A model generated the notes under the pieces. That model saw only the letters and a program-made list of their open reading frames with translations. It made no database searches and was not told where the DNA came from. Shown piece by piece: positions 37,057 to 50,600 of a DNA stretch of 64,000 nt. Origin of the DNA: Haliotis rubra (Eukaryota); the NCBI RefSeq assembly GCF_003918875.1, contig NW_025767346.1, forward strand, positions 2,728,001-2,792,000, given 5' to 3'. Both the position numbers and the translations under genes were made by a program. The number at the start of each line of letters is the position of its first letter. The stretch's first letter is position 1.

Positions 37057-40000
37057 GTGTGTGTGTGCGAAAACATATAAATAAATATTAAATGCATTTA
37101 AATAATCTAATCAGGTGCCATTGATGCAAACCAATTGACTATCTATACACCATTTAAACAGTTCCTATTACACTCGTATACAGCATTTATAATTGTAATT
37201 GATTCTTCTATGCCGATTGCCCGAATGTTGACATACACTGCCTCTGTCTTTTCTTACAGCTTATCCAGAACAGATAGAGATGTTCCCATCTCCTGACAGG
37301 CTCCAGTATGACGATGGTGAGCTCTTGTCAATGAGATGTACAGGAAGGATTGGGAACCAGTTTGATGAGAACAACCTCCAGAACCTGTGGACATGGGAGT
37401 GGCGATCTGTAGACAACGAGTTCACCATCTGGACACGGTACCCCAACGACCAAAACATCACCTACGACAGTCCTACTTCGTCAGCGGAATGTCAGTATAC
37501 AGGGGCGTCAACACTTATACATACCTTGTCAAATCTAGACAATGGAAGACAGTTCAGGTGTTCTGTCATGAGTGCTGACTACAGCTCAAACAAGACTGTT
37601 TATATTGTAGGTAAGATGTAAGAGTTGTTATTTTTCCAACGTTAATATGTGTGCACTTTTTGCATTACAGATACTGTATACCTGGTTAAAATGTATGGAA
37701 AGCGTGAATTCATGTCTCCGATGGGTCGTGAAAATGACATTTAAACCTCTTAGATGTTATATGCCATGATGAGCTTCATGTCCTAGTCAAATGTGTTCAA
37801 CTGTTCACACCAGGACGACAAACATTCAAACAGGAAGACTACAATTACAATGGGATGAAATCGTTATCTATAGTAGGCCTATATTTGAAGAGTGTTATGC
37901 AGATGAACCTTATATGTCAGCCGGGTACACCATGCATTTTAGCAGGACAGCAACAGAAGGAAAGGATCAGGGCTGCTTCCTAACTGCCGTATTTGTTTCA
38001 GGTCAAGTACCACCAGAGGAAACATCTACTTCCGAAAAGCTTACAAGTGGTGAGTTTTGTATAACACAAAGAAAGCAAGAGTGAGTTAACATCAACAATC
38101 ATACTAAAGCATTCACCCTGGCACATATTTCACACAACGGTGGCCATACACATTACTGTCATTTTGGTGTCAAAGTGTCTTTTTTAAGTTTGGGGTATAT
38201 GCATTTCCAAATATCTTTAAAAATGAAGATGAGGGCGCAGCGTATAGTTCTTACAAGAGATTTGTTATGGCCCGTGTAAAAAATATTGACGTCTGGTCGA
38301 TGATATATATTTAGACTGAAAACAGTGAAGACAAGCGAAAGCATTTCCGTAATTGTACTCTTCCGAAATAAATGGTATAAATACCTCCTTTCAGAAGCTT
38401 CTGTAATATGAGGGATCCGTCGGTATTAATGTAGAAAATTCCAGACTACACTTGACAACGAATCGACTAAAAAGTATCAAAATATCGACAATTTCTGATG
38501 TAACACATTCCCGACAACTAGGTATTGCCAAACACAATGGTTTGACCTTCTACAAACCAGAGCAAAACAATGTATCATATACGCATGGAAACGAATAAGG
38601 GAACACTTGAAAAAAAGCGTTCCTTTATTCTTTTCCAGGTTTCTTCAGAAGCTTCGTATTGCACAGTGGGTGAAATTCTGGAAAAGACTTGTACTTTCAG
38701 GTGATCTCATGCTCGTTTCCATGAGCATAATTACAACATTGAGATACAATTAAATTAAAACGTAATGTAGCCATAGAAATACATTTCATGTTTCAAATGA
38801 CAGCGGCGTGTGTCCAAGAGAACCAGGAATCCTCTCTTGGTGTTGGAGTGGCTATAGGTGTGTGTGTGATGTTGGTTGTTGATGCCGTCTGTCTGGGTTT
38901 GGCGTTCGTCCTCAGGGACAAACTAGCAGACTGCATATCAGGTAGGTACTTTACGTCGTAATGTTTTGGGAATGTTTAAATGTTTCAAGACAGAAGTTTT
39001 ATATAGAGTTGTAACAGTTCGTAATCTATCTGTGGAAATCATGTAACATTTTGACAATTTCATCCGCATGACGATCCATCAACGAATGCTATCATGGAAC
39101 TAAACTTGATGCTGTTACAACTATGGCAACATCTGGTTCTGGATGAGAATGGTAATGTTGGCAAGGAACACTGTATTAAAACAATAACAAGAATAATGTT
39201 ATCCATGTGATGAGAGTTTGAATGATGGCAATGACCACAAAAGGATCATTAGACAAAGTCACAAATGGTGGGATGCATTAATAATGTATGACTACCTTTA
39301 TCTGCACTTCCCCAAAACAAAGTAGGGAATGGCTTGCCATGCTGCTTGGACACGTAGGACTGTTGATCTGTTGCGTGTATGCTAACCGAGTACGTCAAGC
39401 TAGTGGACGATTGATATCCGATCATGTGGATAAGGTGACCAAAACATGTGCGACATCTTATTGTTGCTCAAAGTCTGTGACCACTGAAGCTAACCCCCGG
39501 CCATGCTCACAATGTAGGTATGTATAGTTGTAACAGGTCCTAATGTATCTGGGGCGGTGGGGTAGCCTAGTGTCTAAGGCGTTTGCTCATGACGCCGAAG
39601 ACCAAATGTTCGATTCCCCACATGGGTACTATATGTGAAACCTATTTCTGGTGTCCCCCGCCGTGATATTGCTGGAATGTTCCTAAAAGCGGCGTAAAAC
39701 CAATGATAATGACTAAACACGTCTCCGATGACTGGTGATCAACCACCAAATACCAGCCATTCTCACATTGTAGCACTTATAGCCGTTCAGAAAAAGGGCA
39801 TATCAGGATGCGGATTTGACCATCGATAACCAACAGGATTCGACAGTGACGTATTCGTGTGTCAACAGTTGTAAAATCCACATGTGATGAGATCTGCCCA
39901 GACAAGACAGCCGAGTCAATAAACTAGAAACAGTAAAGGGATGTTGGTAGCTCGGAGGAAGTTCCTGGTGATCTTCATGGGGACAATTCATGTGCAGTAG

Positions 40001-40863
40001 CCCTGCATGTCATTATAATTTGTCCATTCATTAATCTGATATTCGGTTGTTACAGGACCAAAGGACACCAGTAACGCAGAGAAGGCAGTATTCTCTAAGT
40101 AGGTTCACCTTTTCCAGAATTAATACTTCCAAACATTCATCACAATGTAATAAATATCCTACTTGTAGATCGAAAATTGTTTCTAGACAAAGAGTTCTTC
40201 AATTTCTTAGGTTTGTAGGCATATCTATTCTGTAAAAATAAAAATAAAACAGTTTTGCAGCATAATAAGCATGGCCATAAAATATATCCTTTCTCAACCA
40301 CTACAGCATGCAGGCTCCTGCCACAGTGGTCGCACCTGTTGGAATCCAAACACAAGGTCAGATTTTGTCAATGTACATTATCACAATACAAGTGTCCAAC
40401 AGAAGAGAACCTAAATAGTGACACAAGAACAGAAATGCTTCTCGTTCTCCATGCTTGGTGTTCAAGCTAACAAATACTAACTGGTCAGTGTCCATGGATC
40501 AGCAGACATCTTGTCAATATTTCCTGAAGGCATGAATCCATGCATCCTCTTTCAGTCATTGGTTTGTCAGATTTTAAGCCAGATTCGCGTAAAGAAATGA
40601 ACCATCGCCGACGGGGAGTGTTAAAATACCGCTCACACCATTGAGATAGACGAGCATGACTACAAATTACCATAGTAATTGAACTGTTAAAGGAGTGGAT
40701 GTCTGAAGGACATTGTTAACGTACCTACTACACACGTTTCTTGTAGGGGTAGGCGACGAGTACGAAGTACCAATTGACAGGAAATACCTACTGTGGCCTA
40801 CAGAGAGGAGCTGCTGACGTCCCAAACACTTATGAGAAGATACGAACGTACCAGCATGTGTGA
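35869..40863 (+). CDS. Gene A: two-Ig-domain type I membrane receptor; last exon has a +1 frameshift that truncates the tail
   Basis: Exons: 35869-35923 (signal), 36538-36921 (V-like, LTVSC...LRCADAASTYYC), 37260-37610 (Ig2, SMRC...WTW...DNGRQFRC), 38002-38049 (stalk), 38804-38941 (TM GVGVAIGVCVMLVVDAVCLGLAFVL), 40056-40098, 40307-40356 and 40747 onward. An extra A at ~40782 gives DEYEVPIDRKYLLWPTERSC* (stop 40815-40817); the ancestral stop is at 40861-40863. Confidence 0.8.
36982..37067. repeat. (CT)n/(CA)n/(GT)n compound microsatellite in gene A intron
   Basis: Direct inspection. Confidence 0.95.
39551..39712 (+). mobile_element. tRNA-derived SINE (family 2), specific to gene A intron
   Basis: A-box, B-box (gttcgattccc) and family tail; absent from the gene B intron. 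Confidence 0.82.
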
Positions 40864-43800
40864 AACGAGAAGACAGTGAAGATCAACTACAAACAAACAA
40901 TCGCGTTTCGCTTTTTGCTCGGACATCAGTAGCTAACATCTAGACCCCTTCAAAACCTGAATTAAAGGACATCATAGTTCAGCGTGCAATCTCGTCTAAT
41001 CTGACCATTTCCGTGACAACTGCAACAACAGTTTCTAGTAGGACAAAATCAAAGCTCCCATTAACGACCTCAAGGCCTATACTGAGAACAAGCAAAGAAG
41101 GCATCCCCATCAAAAAGACTCCTACCGTCCATCAACTATGACCAAGATGGCTTACCTGTCACCAACTGACTCCAATCAGATATAATACTTCTGTGTCCAG
41201 CTGTATGTTTACACGACTGGCTTCATTTGCAAGGACCTAATTTGCCTTAGATCTTCTGCAGTGTATACTGAACAGGCTTATCGAATCTATTGTTAAAACA
41301 CAACTCCATATCTGTATATATGCCTCCCTACACTACCTTATACATCTACTGCTTGATAACATCAGTTGTTCTTCCACATATGATACCATTATATTAATAA
41401 GTGAGTTGATATTGCTCCAGTTGAAAATTCAAATAGCCAATAAAAACAAATTCAGAATTTGTACTTTTTTCGTCTCCTTTTCATTACTGTACACAGTTTT
41501 AACATAATTCTGTTCAGATCTTTAGATATATCTAATTATATAATGCTCAGACTTCATCTCAATGCAGAATTAAGACCCAATGATGTCTTAATCTCATCTC
41601 CAGGACATGGGGCAGTTTCTTTGTTTCAACAGTAACACATGCAAAATACAGTTCCTGTTTCTTCAAGACCCTGGCAGGTTTGTGGTCCTTAGCATGATTC
41701 GTAAACCTTACCTATACTCTTACATTCAGCCTTGAACACATAGCACCATCTGAATATCACAGTAAAACTCAGTTATCATGCTCAGTTTGTGCTCAACTGG
41801 TATGAACATGGCTGATGGCCTGATCACTGCTTGATGTGTTTAACGCAATATTCGAGCTATATGGCGGCGGTTTGTAATTAATGAAGCATGGAGCAGACAC
41901 CCCAGTGATCAACAACATGAGCATATCTATGCAATTGGGATACCATGGCATGACAATGTGTCAACCTTGATGTTTGGAACGAATAAAGAGATGTATGTTA
42001 CCCACGTTTTACGACGAACGAATCTAAAACTGATCAAAAAACTGAAATATATAACATCTCACCCAGCAGTATTCCAGTCCTATGTAGTGGGCGTGTAGAT
42101 ATTCAAGACTGGACCAAACAATCCTGTGATCGAATTTAGGTGTACACTGTTTGAGTAGAATGACATCCAATCAACCAAGTCAACAAGCCTGATCACCAAA
42201 TCAATATTTGTCACCTGCACAGATCAGTAAACGTTGCAACCAATGATGTACTTAAAATACCCACCAATCTCAGATATATACCACCAATCTCAGATATATG
42301 AGTGTAAGAAATGCTCAACAACTAATCAGTAATATAAAAAAAAGGAAAAAAGAAATTCAATACTGTGCTCGTGAAGTGTGTCAAAATAATATAATCTGCG
42401 ATCTTAACAACAGTTGTGCCCGAAATTTCCTTTGCACACAGACACATCTACGTAACGTCGTTAACGTAAGATAATAAACATACACAAATGTTAAGTTTAA
42501 TATACAACACATCATTTTCTAAGGACCATAGAAACAGTATATAGATGAAGCTATAATATTGCCGACGGTGGTATAGTACTAATGGTTATCAATTCGGTTG
42601 TACATTTAAACTCAAATCTTTCTGTCCTGCTGACCTCCATACCTACCACTACACGACTACAACTTCAAAACACACCGTGACCCTTTGCTGCACATGTTCC
42701 CCTCAACGCGATCTTAACCCACATCTTTCATAACCTACTGTACACTTTCATTCCAGTGTCGTGTTGCTTGGACCCAAGCTGCGATAACACGGCTATATCA
42801 CGTGTGTACAACAAGGAAGTATATTCTGCAGGTAGGATGTCTAATGGCGATTGACTTCATGTACAGGTATGTGAGTGTGTGTGTAGTTTGAAGACTCATT
42901 GTATTATTGGCTGTAAAGACAATATGGGAATACTTCGTATTGGTGTCCGTATTATCATTGGCATGAACACTACACAAACTCTTAACGACCCTCCACAGTT
43001 GGAAGGTATGATTATTGACTCACGCAGACTTTCCCCTCACTGACTCTGTCTCACGATGACCCGAGGTATCTTTTTACTCAGACACTGAATCTGGTGTAAC
43101 ATGTATAGTTAATACAATCTTCTTTGAGTGGCATTTTAGAACTTGGGACATGCACTATTTAGCAAACTTTATGGATAACAACTTTTTTTATTTTGTGAGT
43201 GCGACGTTTCGATACACATTCTTGTACTGTTGTCAAGCGTGTGGCGTGCGGCGTAGGCCAGTGCAGTCATCAAGGAGGTAAATTGAGCAGGGTAGGATTC
43301 TAAATAGTGGGTAAGCTGACATATACAATTGTTAGTATTATGTGCCTCCCAACACAGTTGTGACGTGTGTATCTACAGTTCTAAACGAAAGATGACTACA
43401 TGTACCTTTGTACTTATATTATATGTATTGATATATGAAATGAAATAAGAAAGTTTGTGTACAAATAGGAACTGTCGGGAACATGAAAAGTAGTATGCAT
43501 CCACCGATGATGTCTACAATTGTGACGATCAGTGACTGTTGAGAAGCTGTGTGATGAACTCTATCTTGGTTTTGTGTTGTCTTACACACCTGTAATCAGC
43601 ACTGCGTGTTACCTGTCCGTCAGTAGCTAATGTATACAGTTCTACAGTGTGTATCTATATATATATATATATACGTAACTGATCTTGTCCTCTGACGTTA
43701 AGTACAGTTCTCCGAAAGAATATTTGCTTAGTTTGAAAATATTAGTTAGAAAATATTTATTCAGTACTGCATTGAACGTAGCATTTGAACACTGCTCGTG

Positions 43801-45414
43801 TACTCTTACACTATCGCGTGTTTGAGCTGTTGATGGACGCTGCATAATTAAATTCTCCAGTTCTTGCAAAACCTTGCAGATGGAATCCATCTGAATCAAT
43901 TGCATTCATTGAAAAGAGAATATGTTACAGTTATTGTTTTACCATGCCTTCATTGTTTGTTTGTGTCAGTTCACCAACCTTCCTACATGAACTTGTAAAT
44001 CATAAATCGTAGTTACGATTTGTTAGTCATATGCTATATACTCCAGTTCAATAATATCACATAAAATAGTTTATAAGTAATGAAAATATTCTTTGTTTCG
44101 CTATTGTTTGTCTGACGACACTCGGGCGAAACTTGATTGACGCGTGTTTTATATTTCGTAAGTTATTGATCATGCAAGTAAGTTATATACGAAACCAAAA
44201 ATGTGTATATCCACATATAACAACTGCTACACATTCTCCTATAAGGCAGCAGCTTGATAGTCAAGTTGTTTAATTGTGGCAAATGTAAAGGTAAAGTTTG
44301 ATCCCATCTAAAAATATAACCTAACCTTATACTACCAGGCATTCAATAACTAACAACATACATGAACATGTTTCAGGAACAGAAAGCCGCACCTGTGAGA
44401 AAAAAAGCATGAACCCGTGCGATCCTTTTTGTCTTCTGATCTTTATGACCTTTCTCTCTGGAAGTAAGTACACACAACGGTGGTGGTGGTGGTGTGTGTG
44501 TGTTTAATGTGAATCATCTTCACTTTGCAAACAATCAGACGCGTAAGCGTGCAGTTCTTGTGATATATCTCATATATCACACATAAATTCGCAACCAGTA
44601 TTAAGCAGTACAGAGGATTAAATGAAGGGGGTAGGGATCAAAGTCAACTGTGTCTAAGAGGCAGTGGTGATAAAATACCAAAGAATTATTTTGCCTGTGT
44701 GAATATTTTCTTTCCTGATCATCTTCGAAATTCGAATCTGCTTCTCGAATGCCACATGTTCCACTTGGGAGATCCGAAACTGAAATACATTACTTAGACG
44801 TCACTGTCCTAGACGTTATGTGAAATCAGTCACTATATCCGTACATCTTCACAAAGTGTCACCTGTGAAGCACAGAATACAGAAACCATGAATATGTAGC
44901 ACCTGTGACGGCGCAGTGATATGTTCCTTTGCTATATAGTATTGGGTGCAAATATTTATATGAATCAATCAATCCTCATTTATGTTAATTAATATGAATT
45001 CAAGTACTTGTTTTTCAGCCACTGCGGCAATCCTGTTCCTATCACCGAGTCAAATAACAATCGGGGGCAGTAACCCAACATCTCAGTTGACTGTCACGTG
45101 TAGTCCAGATACACTTATGGCAACATTGTATTACATAGCGATCGGCAAGAAGTCTTCTACTGGCCATAATCAGCCTATAATACGAATGACCAACGAAGAT
45201 TCGTCAGTTCAAGTAGTGGACACAAGTCTACAACAGCGGATGACAGGTTCTACCAGTGCAGCAACAGGCAGTATACAGCTCATCCTGACAGATCTGACAT
45301 GTACTGATACTGCCTCTACATACTACTGCAGAACGTTTTACTTGAATGGAGAAACTGGAAATGATGAGACAACGGCCAACATCACTGCTAGAAGTGCGTC
45401 ATGTTAATATTTAC

Positions 45415-45797
45415 GCGAATGTATCGATACATCGATACATTTTTACTGACGATACGATACGCGATACATGCTTGCGTGTATCGATTCCTATTTTTAAAAC
45501 TTTATCGATTCAAATTTTTATGCTATATCCAACTCCATCAAAGTCTTGATAGTAAAATTATACCAGATGGCTCCGATAAATAGATGAAGCTAGCTTTACT
45601 TAAAAAATAAGTTGGAAACTAACAGCTTTTGTGATTGGCTAGACTATTTAGATGGACCAATCAGCGAGCGCGTACGTTGCCGGTAAGGTAATGCTATGAA
45701 AAGGCGCGATAATTATGTATCGCGATACGTATCGTATCGTGACCTTAAAATCGTGATACGTATCGTATCGTGAGATTGGTGTATCGTGACACCCCTA
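45415..45797. mobile_element. hAT-like non-autonomous element, left end truncated
   Basis: 8-bp TSD atatttac (45407-45414 / 45798-45805), right end ...gacaccccta, subterminal cgata/tatcg repeats. Confidence 0.72.
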
Positions 45798-47264
45798 ATA
45801 TTTACCAAAATGTATATGTTACATCCAATCTATGAGACCGTCGACTGCCCTTCTTCGCTTATTGCCCCGAATGTTGATATACAGTGTCTCTATCTTTTCT
45901 TACAGCTTACCCAGAGCAGATAGAGATGTTCCCATCTCCTGACAGGGTCCAGTATGACAATGGTCAGGTTTTGTAAATAAGATGTACAGGCAGGATTGGG
46001 AACCAGTTTGATGAGAACAACCTCCAGAACCTGTGGACATGGGAGTGGCGATCTGTAGATACCGAGTTCATCTCCTGGACACTGTACCCAAACGACCAAA
46101 ACATCACCTACGACCGTCCTACGCCGTCAGCGGAATGTCAGTATCAAGGAGCATCAACACTGGTTCACACACTCTCGAATCTAGACAATGGGAGACAGTT
46201 CAGGTGTTCTGTCGTGAGTGCTGACTACAGCTCAAACAAGACTGTTTATGTTATTGGTAAGATGTAATAGTTGTTATTTTTTCAACCTTAATATGTGTTT
46301 CGGTTTCTGCATTATATGCACCTCGTCATAAATATCATGTCTCCGATTTATGGAGAAAATGACATTTAAACCTGTTAGATATTCTATCCCATGAAGAGCT
46401 TCGTGTTCTGGTCAAATGTATTCAACTTTTCATACCAGGACGACAAACAGTCAAACAGGAAGGCTACAATTACATTGGGATGAAATCGTTATCAAAATTA
46501 GGCCTCTATTTGAAGATTGTTATGCAGATGAACCTTATGTCAGCCGGGTACACCATACATGTTAGCAGGACAGCAACAGAAGGAAAGGATCAGGACTACT
46601 TCCTAACTGCTGTATTTGTTTCAGGTCAACAACCACCAGGGGAAACATCTACTTCCGAAACGCCTACAAGTGGTGAGTTTTGTATAACAGAAAGAAAGCA
46701 TGAGTGGTAAATATAAGTTTACATCGACGATCAAACTAAAGCAGTCACCCTGGCACATTGCCAGAGTGTCGTCTTCAGTCTAAAAACATTGCCATTCTTT
46801 AATGCTATTCGTGTATATCTTATTGGACCCAAAAGTTAGTGATTGTTCCTGATCAAATATAGTGCCTCTTTTAATACCAGGACGACAAACATTCAAATAG
46901 GAAGGCTATTATTACATTGATAAGAAATCGTTGTTCACCTTGCTTAAATTACGTGTATATTCTAAGTTTGCTACACACATGAACTTATATGTACACGCGG
47001 TACATCTTGCATGTCAGCAGGACAACAACAGAAGCAAAGTTTCAGGTTTACTTACTAACTGTCATATCATTTTTTGCAGGTGAACAACCGCCACGGCCTA
47101 CTACTCCTTCAGAAAAGCCTGCATGTGGTGAGTTTTGTATAGCTGAACGGAAGCAACTATCAATTCAGGAAATCATCAGGAGTGTGAACTTTGGAAATGT
47201 CTTGCCTATATTTTTTTTAAAGGATATTTATATAGCGGATATATCCACGCAACAAATGCATGCT

Positions 47265-47635
47265 CAAGGCGCTGCTAGTTTTTCCCTCGATCGTTGGATG
47301 TCAATCTCAACGGCACATTGTATTATCATTCTCCACTCCCTGGGGAGTATACAACTCTTGCAGCCACTAGGCGCACCGAGTTATTGTGGCATTCTCATCC
47401 TATCGAGGTACCCATTCACAGCTGGGTGGACTGGGACACATAGTCACAGTGCTTTGTTCAAGTTCAATGTACGTTGCTGTACCTGCAACTAGGTGTTTGC
47501 ACGTATTCATGTGGCCACCATCTGGCACTATACCAATAATTATGTACTACAGAACTAGGAAGCATAGACAATGCTGGCATAAATGTCTTGACACTTACAT
47601 CGACACTCCGTTGCACGTAATTCTGCCAACGATGG
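47265..47635 (-). mobile_element. SINE-like insertion specific to gene B
   Basis: Absent from the gene C intron (~59660); contains the SINE core-like ggtacccattcacagctgggtgga. Confidence 0.55.
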
Positions 47636-50600
47636 CTATATACTCTTTACTGATGTCATCTTTACCCTTATCAGTGGTATTCTTCCCTCCCTTTCTTAAC
47701 CTTCAATCTGCATCATTTTTCTACCTCCAACCATTGCTGCCCCAATAGTTTGATTACAATCCCACATCCACTGTTATGTTTCGTTTATGTTTCGTTTATG
47801 GTGGATGACATCCTTGTATTTGAGCTAGATAGGTTGAATTGTTAATGCCAGCATTCGCTTCATCGATCGGTATACATATATTCATCGTGAAGTATACAGA
47901 GGATACCTTAAGCTTCTTTGTTTGACGTACTTTCATGTGTTCTGTCCATCATACAGATGTTAAGGAAGGATACTTTGCACATGAGTTTGGCCTGTAAGTA
48001 GGGCCTGGAGATTCAGTGACTGAAGCACTGAAAAAGGATCAGTGTAAGGCAGTCTCATGGCAGAATGATAAAAATGAGATATTTGGACTGATCACTCGTT
48101 CCAGGACCTCATAATAGATATGTTAAGGGGTTAAGTTATATGCTACAAGAACATTTCCCAATATCTTTTAAAAAAGGAGGGTATAGTGTTTACAAGAGAT
48201 TTCGTATGGCCAGGTAAAATATAGTTAGGCTAAATGGACACAAGCGAAGGCCTTCACGTACCAGCACTTGGTCTAAATACGTCCTTTCAGAAGCTTCTGT
48301 AAAATGCTGGATTAGTCGGTGCAAACATGAGACAGTAACACATTCCTGACAACTAGATATTTCCCAAACACAATGATTTGATCTTCTACTGAAACTTAAC
48401 AAAATAAGGTATTATGGTCTCAGCATTTGGTTACAATAAATTAAACTGCCATTTAGCCATAGAAATACATTTGATGTTTCAAATGACAGCGACGTGTGTC
48501 CAAGAGAACCAGGAACCCTCTTTTGGTGTTGGAGTGGCTATAGGTGTGTGTGTGATGCTGGTTGTTGATGCCATCTGTCTTGGCTTGGCGTTCGTCTTCA
48601 GGAACAAACTAGCAGACTGCATATCAGGTAGGTACTTTACGTGATAATGTTTTTGGAATGTTTAAAAGTTTCAAGACCGAAGAAGGTATATACAGTAGTA
48701 ACAGATCGTAATCTATCTGTGGAAATCATGTAACATTTTGACAATTTCATCCGCATGACGATCCATCAACGAATTCTATCATGGAACTAAACTTGATGCT
48801 GTTACAGCTATGGGAACATCTGGTCCTGGATGAGAATGGTAATGTTGGCAAGCAACACTGTATTAAAACAATAACAAAGAATAATGTTATCCATGAAAGT
48901 TTGAATGATGGCAATGACCACAAAAGGATGATTAGACAAAGTCACAAATGGTGGGATAGCATTAATAATGTGTGACTACCTATATCTGCATTTCCCAAAA
49001 ATAAAGTAGGGAATAGCTTGCCATGCTGCTTGGACAAATAGGACTGTTGACCTGCTGCTAACCGAGTACATCACGCTAATGGTCGATTGATATCCGATCA
49101 TGTGGATAAGGTGACCAAAACATGTGCCACATCTTATTGTTGCTCAAAGTCTGTGACCATTGAAGCTAACTCCCCCTATCACTGTTGATCAACCCCAACA
49201 TACCGGCCATGCTCACAATGTAGCACTTACAACCGATCAAAAAGGACATATCAGGAACAGACCTGGCCATCGATAAAGTCCAGGATTCGTCAGTGACGAG
49301 TTCGTGTTACCACAGTTCTATGGTCCACAGGTGATGAGCTCTGCCAAGACAAGACAGTCGAGTCAATAAACTAGAAACAGTAAAGGGATGTTAGTAGCTC
49401 GGGGGAAGTTCCTGGTGATCTCCGTGGGGACTTTTCATGTGTTGTAGCCCCTACATGACATTTTATTTGTCCATTCGTCAATTTGATAATCGGTTGTTTC
49501 AGGACCACATACCGGCAATGCTCACAATGTAGCACTTACAACCGGTCAAAAAGGACATATCAGGAAACGAACCTGGCCATCAATAAACTGCAGGATTCGT
49601 CAGTGACGAGTTTTGGTTACCACAGTTAAATGGTCCACAGCTCTGCCCAGACAAGACAGTCGAGTCAATAAACTAGAAGCAGTAAAGGGATAACGGTAGC
49701 TCGGGGGAAGTTCCTGGTGATCTTTATGGGGACATTTCATGTGTGGTAGCCCCTGCATGTAATTTTATTTGTCCATTCATGAATCTGTTTTTCGGTTGTT
49801 TCAGGATCAAATGACACCAGTAACGCAGAGAATCCAGTATTCTCTAAGTAGGTTCACCTTTTCCAGAATTAATACTGCCAAACATTTATCACAAGGTAAC
49901 ACATATACTAAATGTAAACTGAAAATTGTTTCTGTATACTAAATGTAAACTGAAAATTGTTTCTGGACAAAGAGTTTTTAAATTTCATTGGTTTGTTTGC
50001 TTATTCATTCTGTAAAAAAAATGGCAGCATGATGGGCATTGCCATAACATTTATGCTTTCTCAACCACTACAGCATACAGGCTCCTGCCACAGTGGTCGC
50101 ACCTGGTGGAATCCAAACACAAGGTCAGATTTTGTCAATTTACATTACCACAATACAAGCGTCCAACACAAGAGAACCTAAATAGTGACACAAGAACATA
50201 TATGTTCTCGTTCTCCATGTTTGGTGTGCAAGCTAACAAATACTAAGTGGTCAGTGTCCATGGATCAGCTGACATCTTGTCAATATTTCCTGTAGGCATG
50301 AATCCATGCTTACTCTTTCAGTCATTGGTTTGTCAGATTTTAAGCCAGATTCGCTTAAAGGGATGAACCATCGCCGACGGTGAGTGTTCAAATAACGCTC
50401 ACACCATTGAGATAGACGTGTAGAACTATAAATTGCCATGGTAATTGAACTGTTGAAGAAGTGTGTGTCTGAAGGACATTGTTAACATACTCACTACACA
50501 CATTTCTTGTAGGTGTCGGTTACGAGTACGATGTTCCCGTGAACAGTTATGACTACGATGCCTTACAGAGAGGAGCTGCTGACGTCACCAACACTTATGA

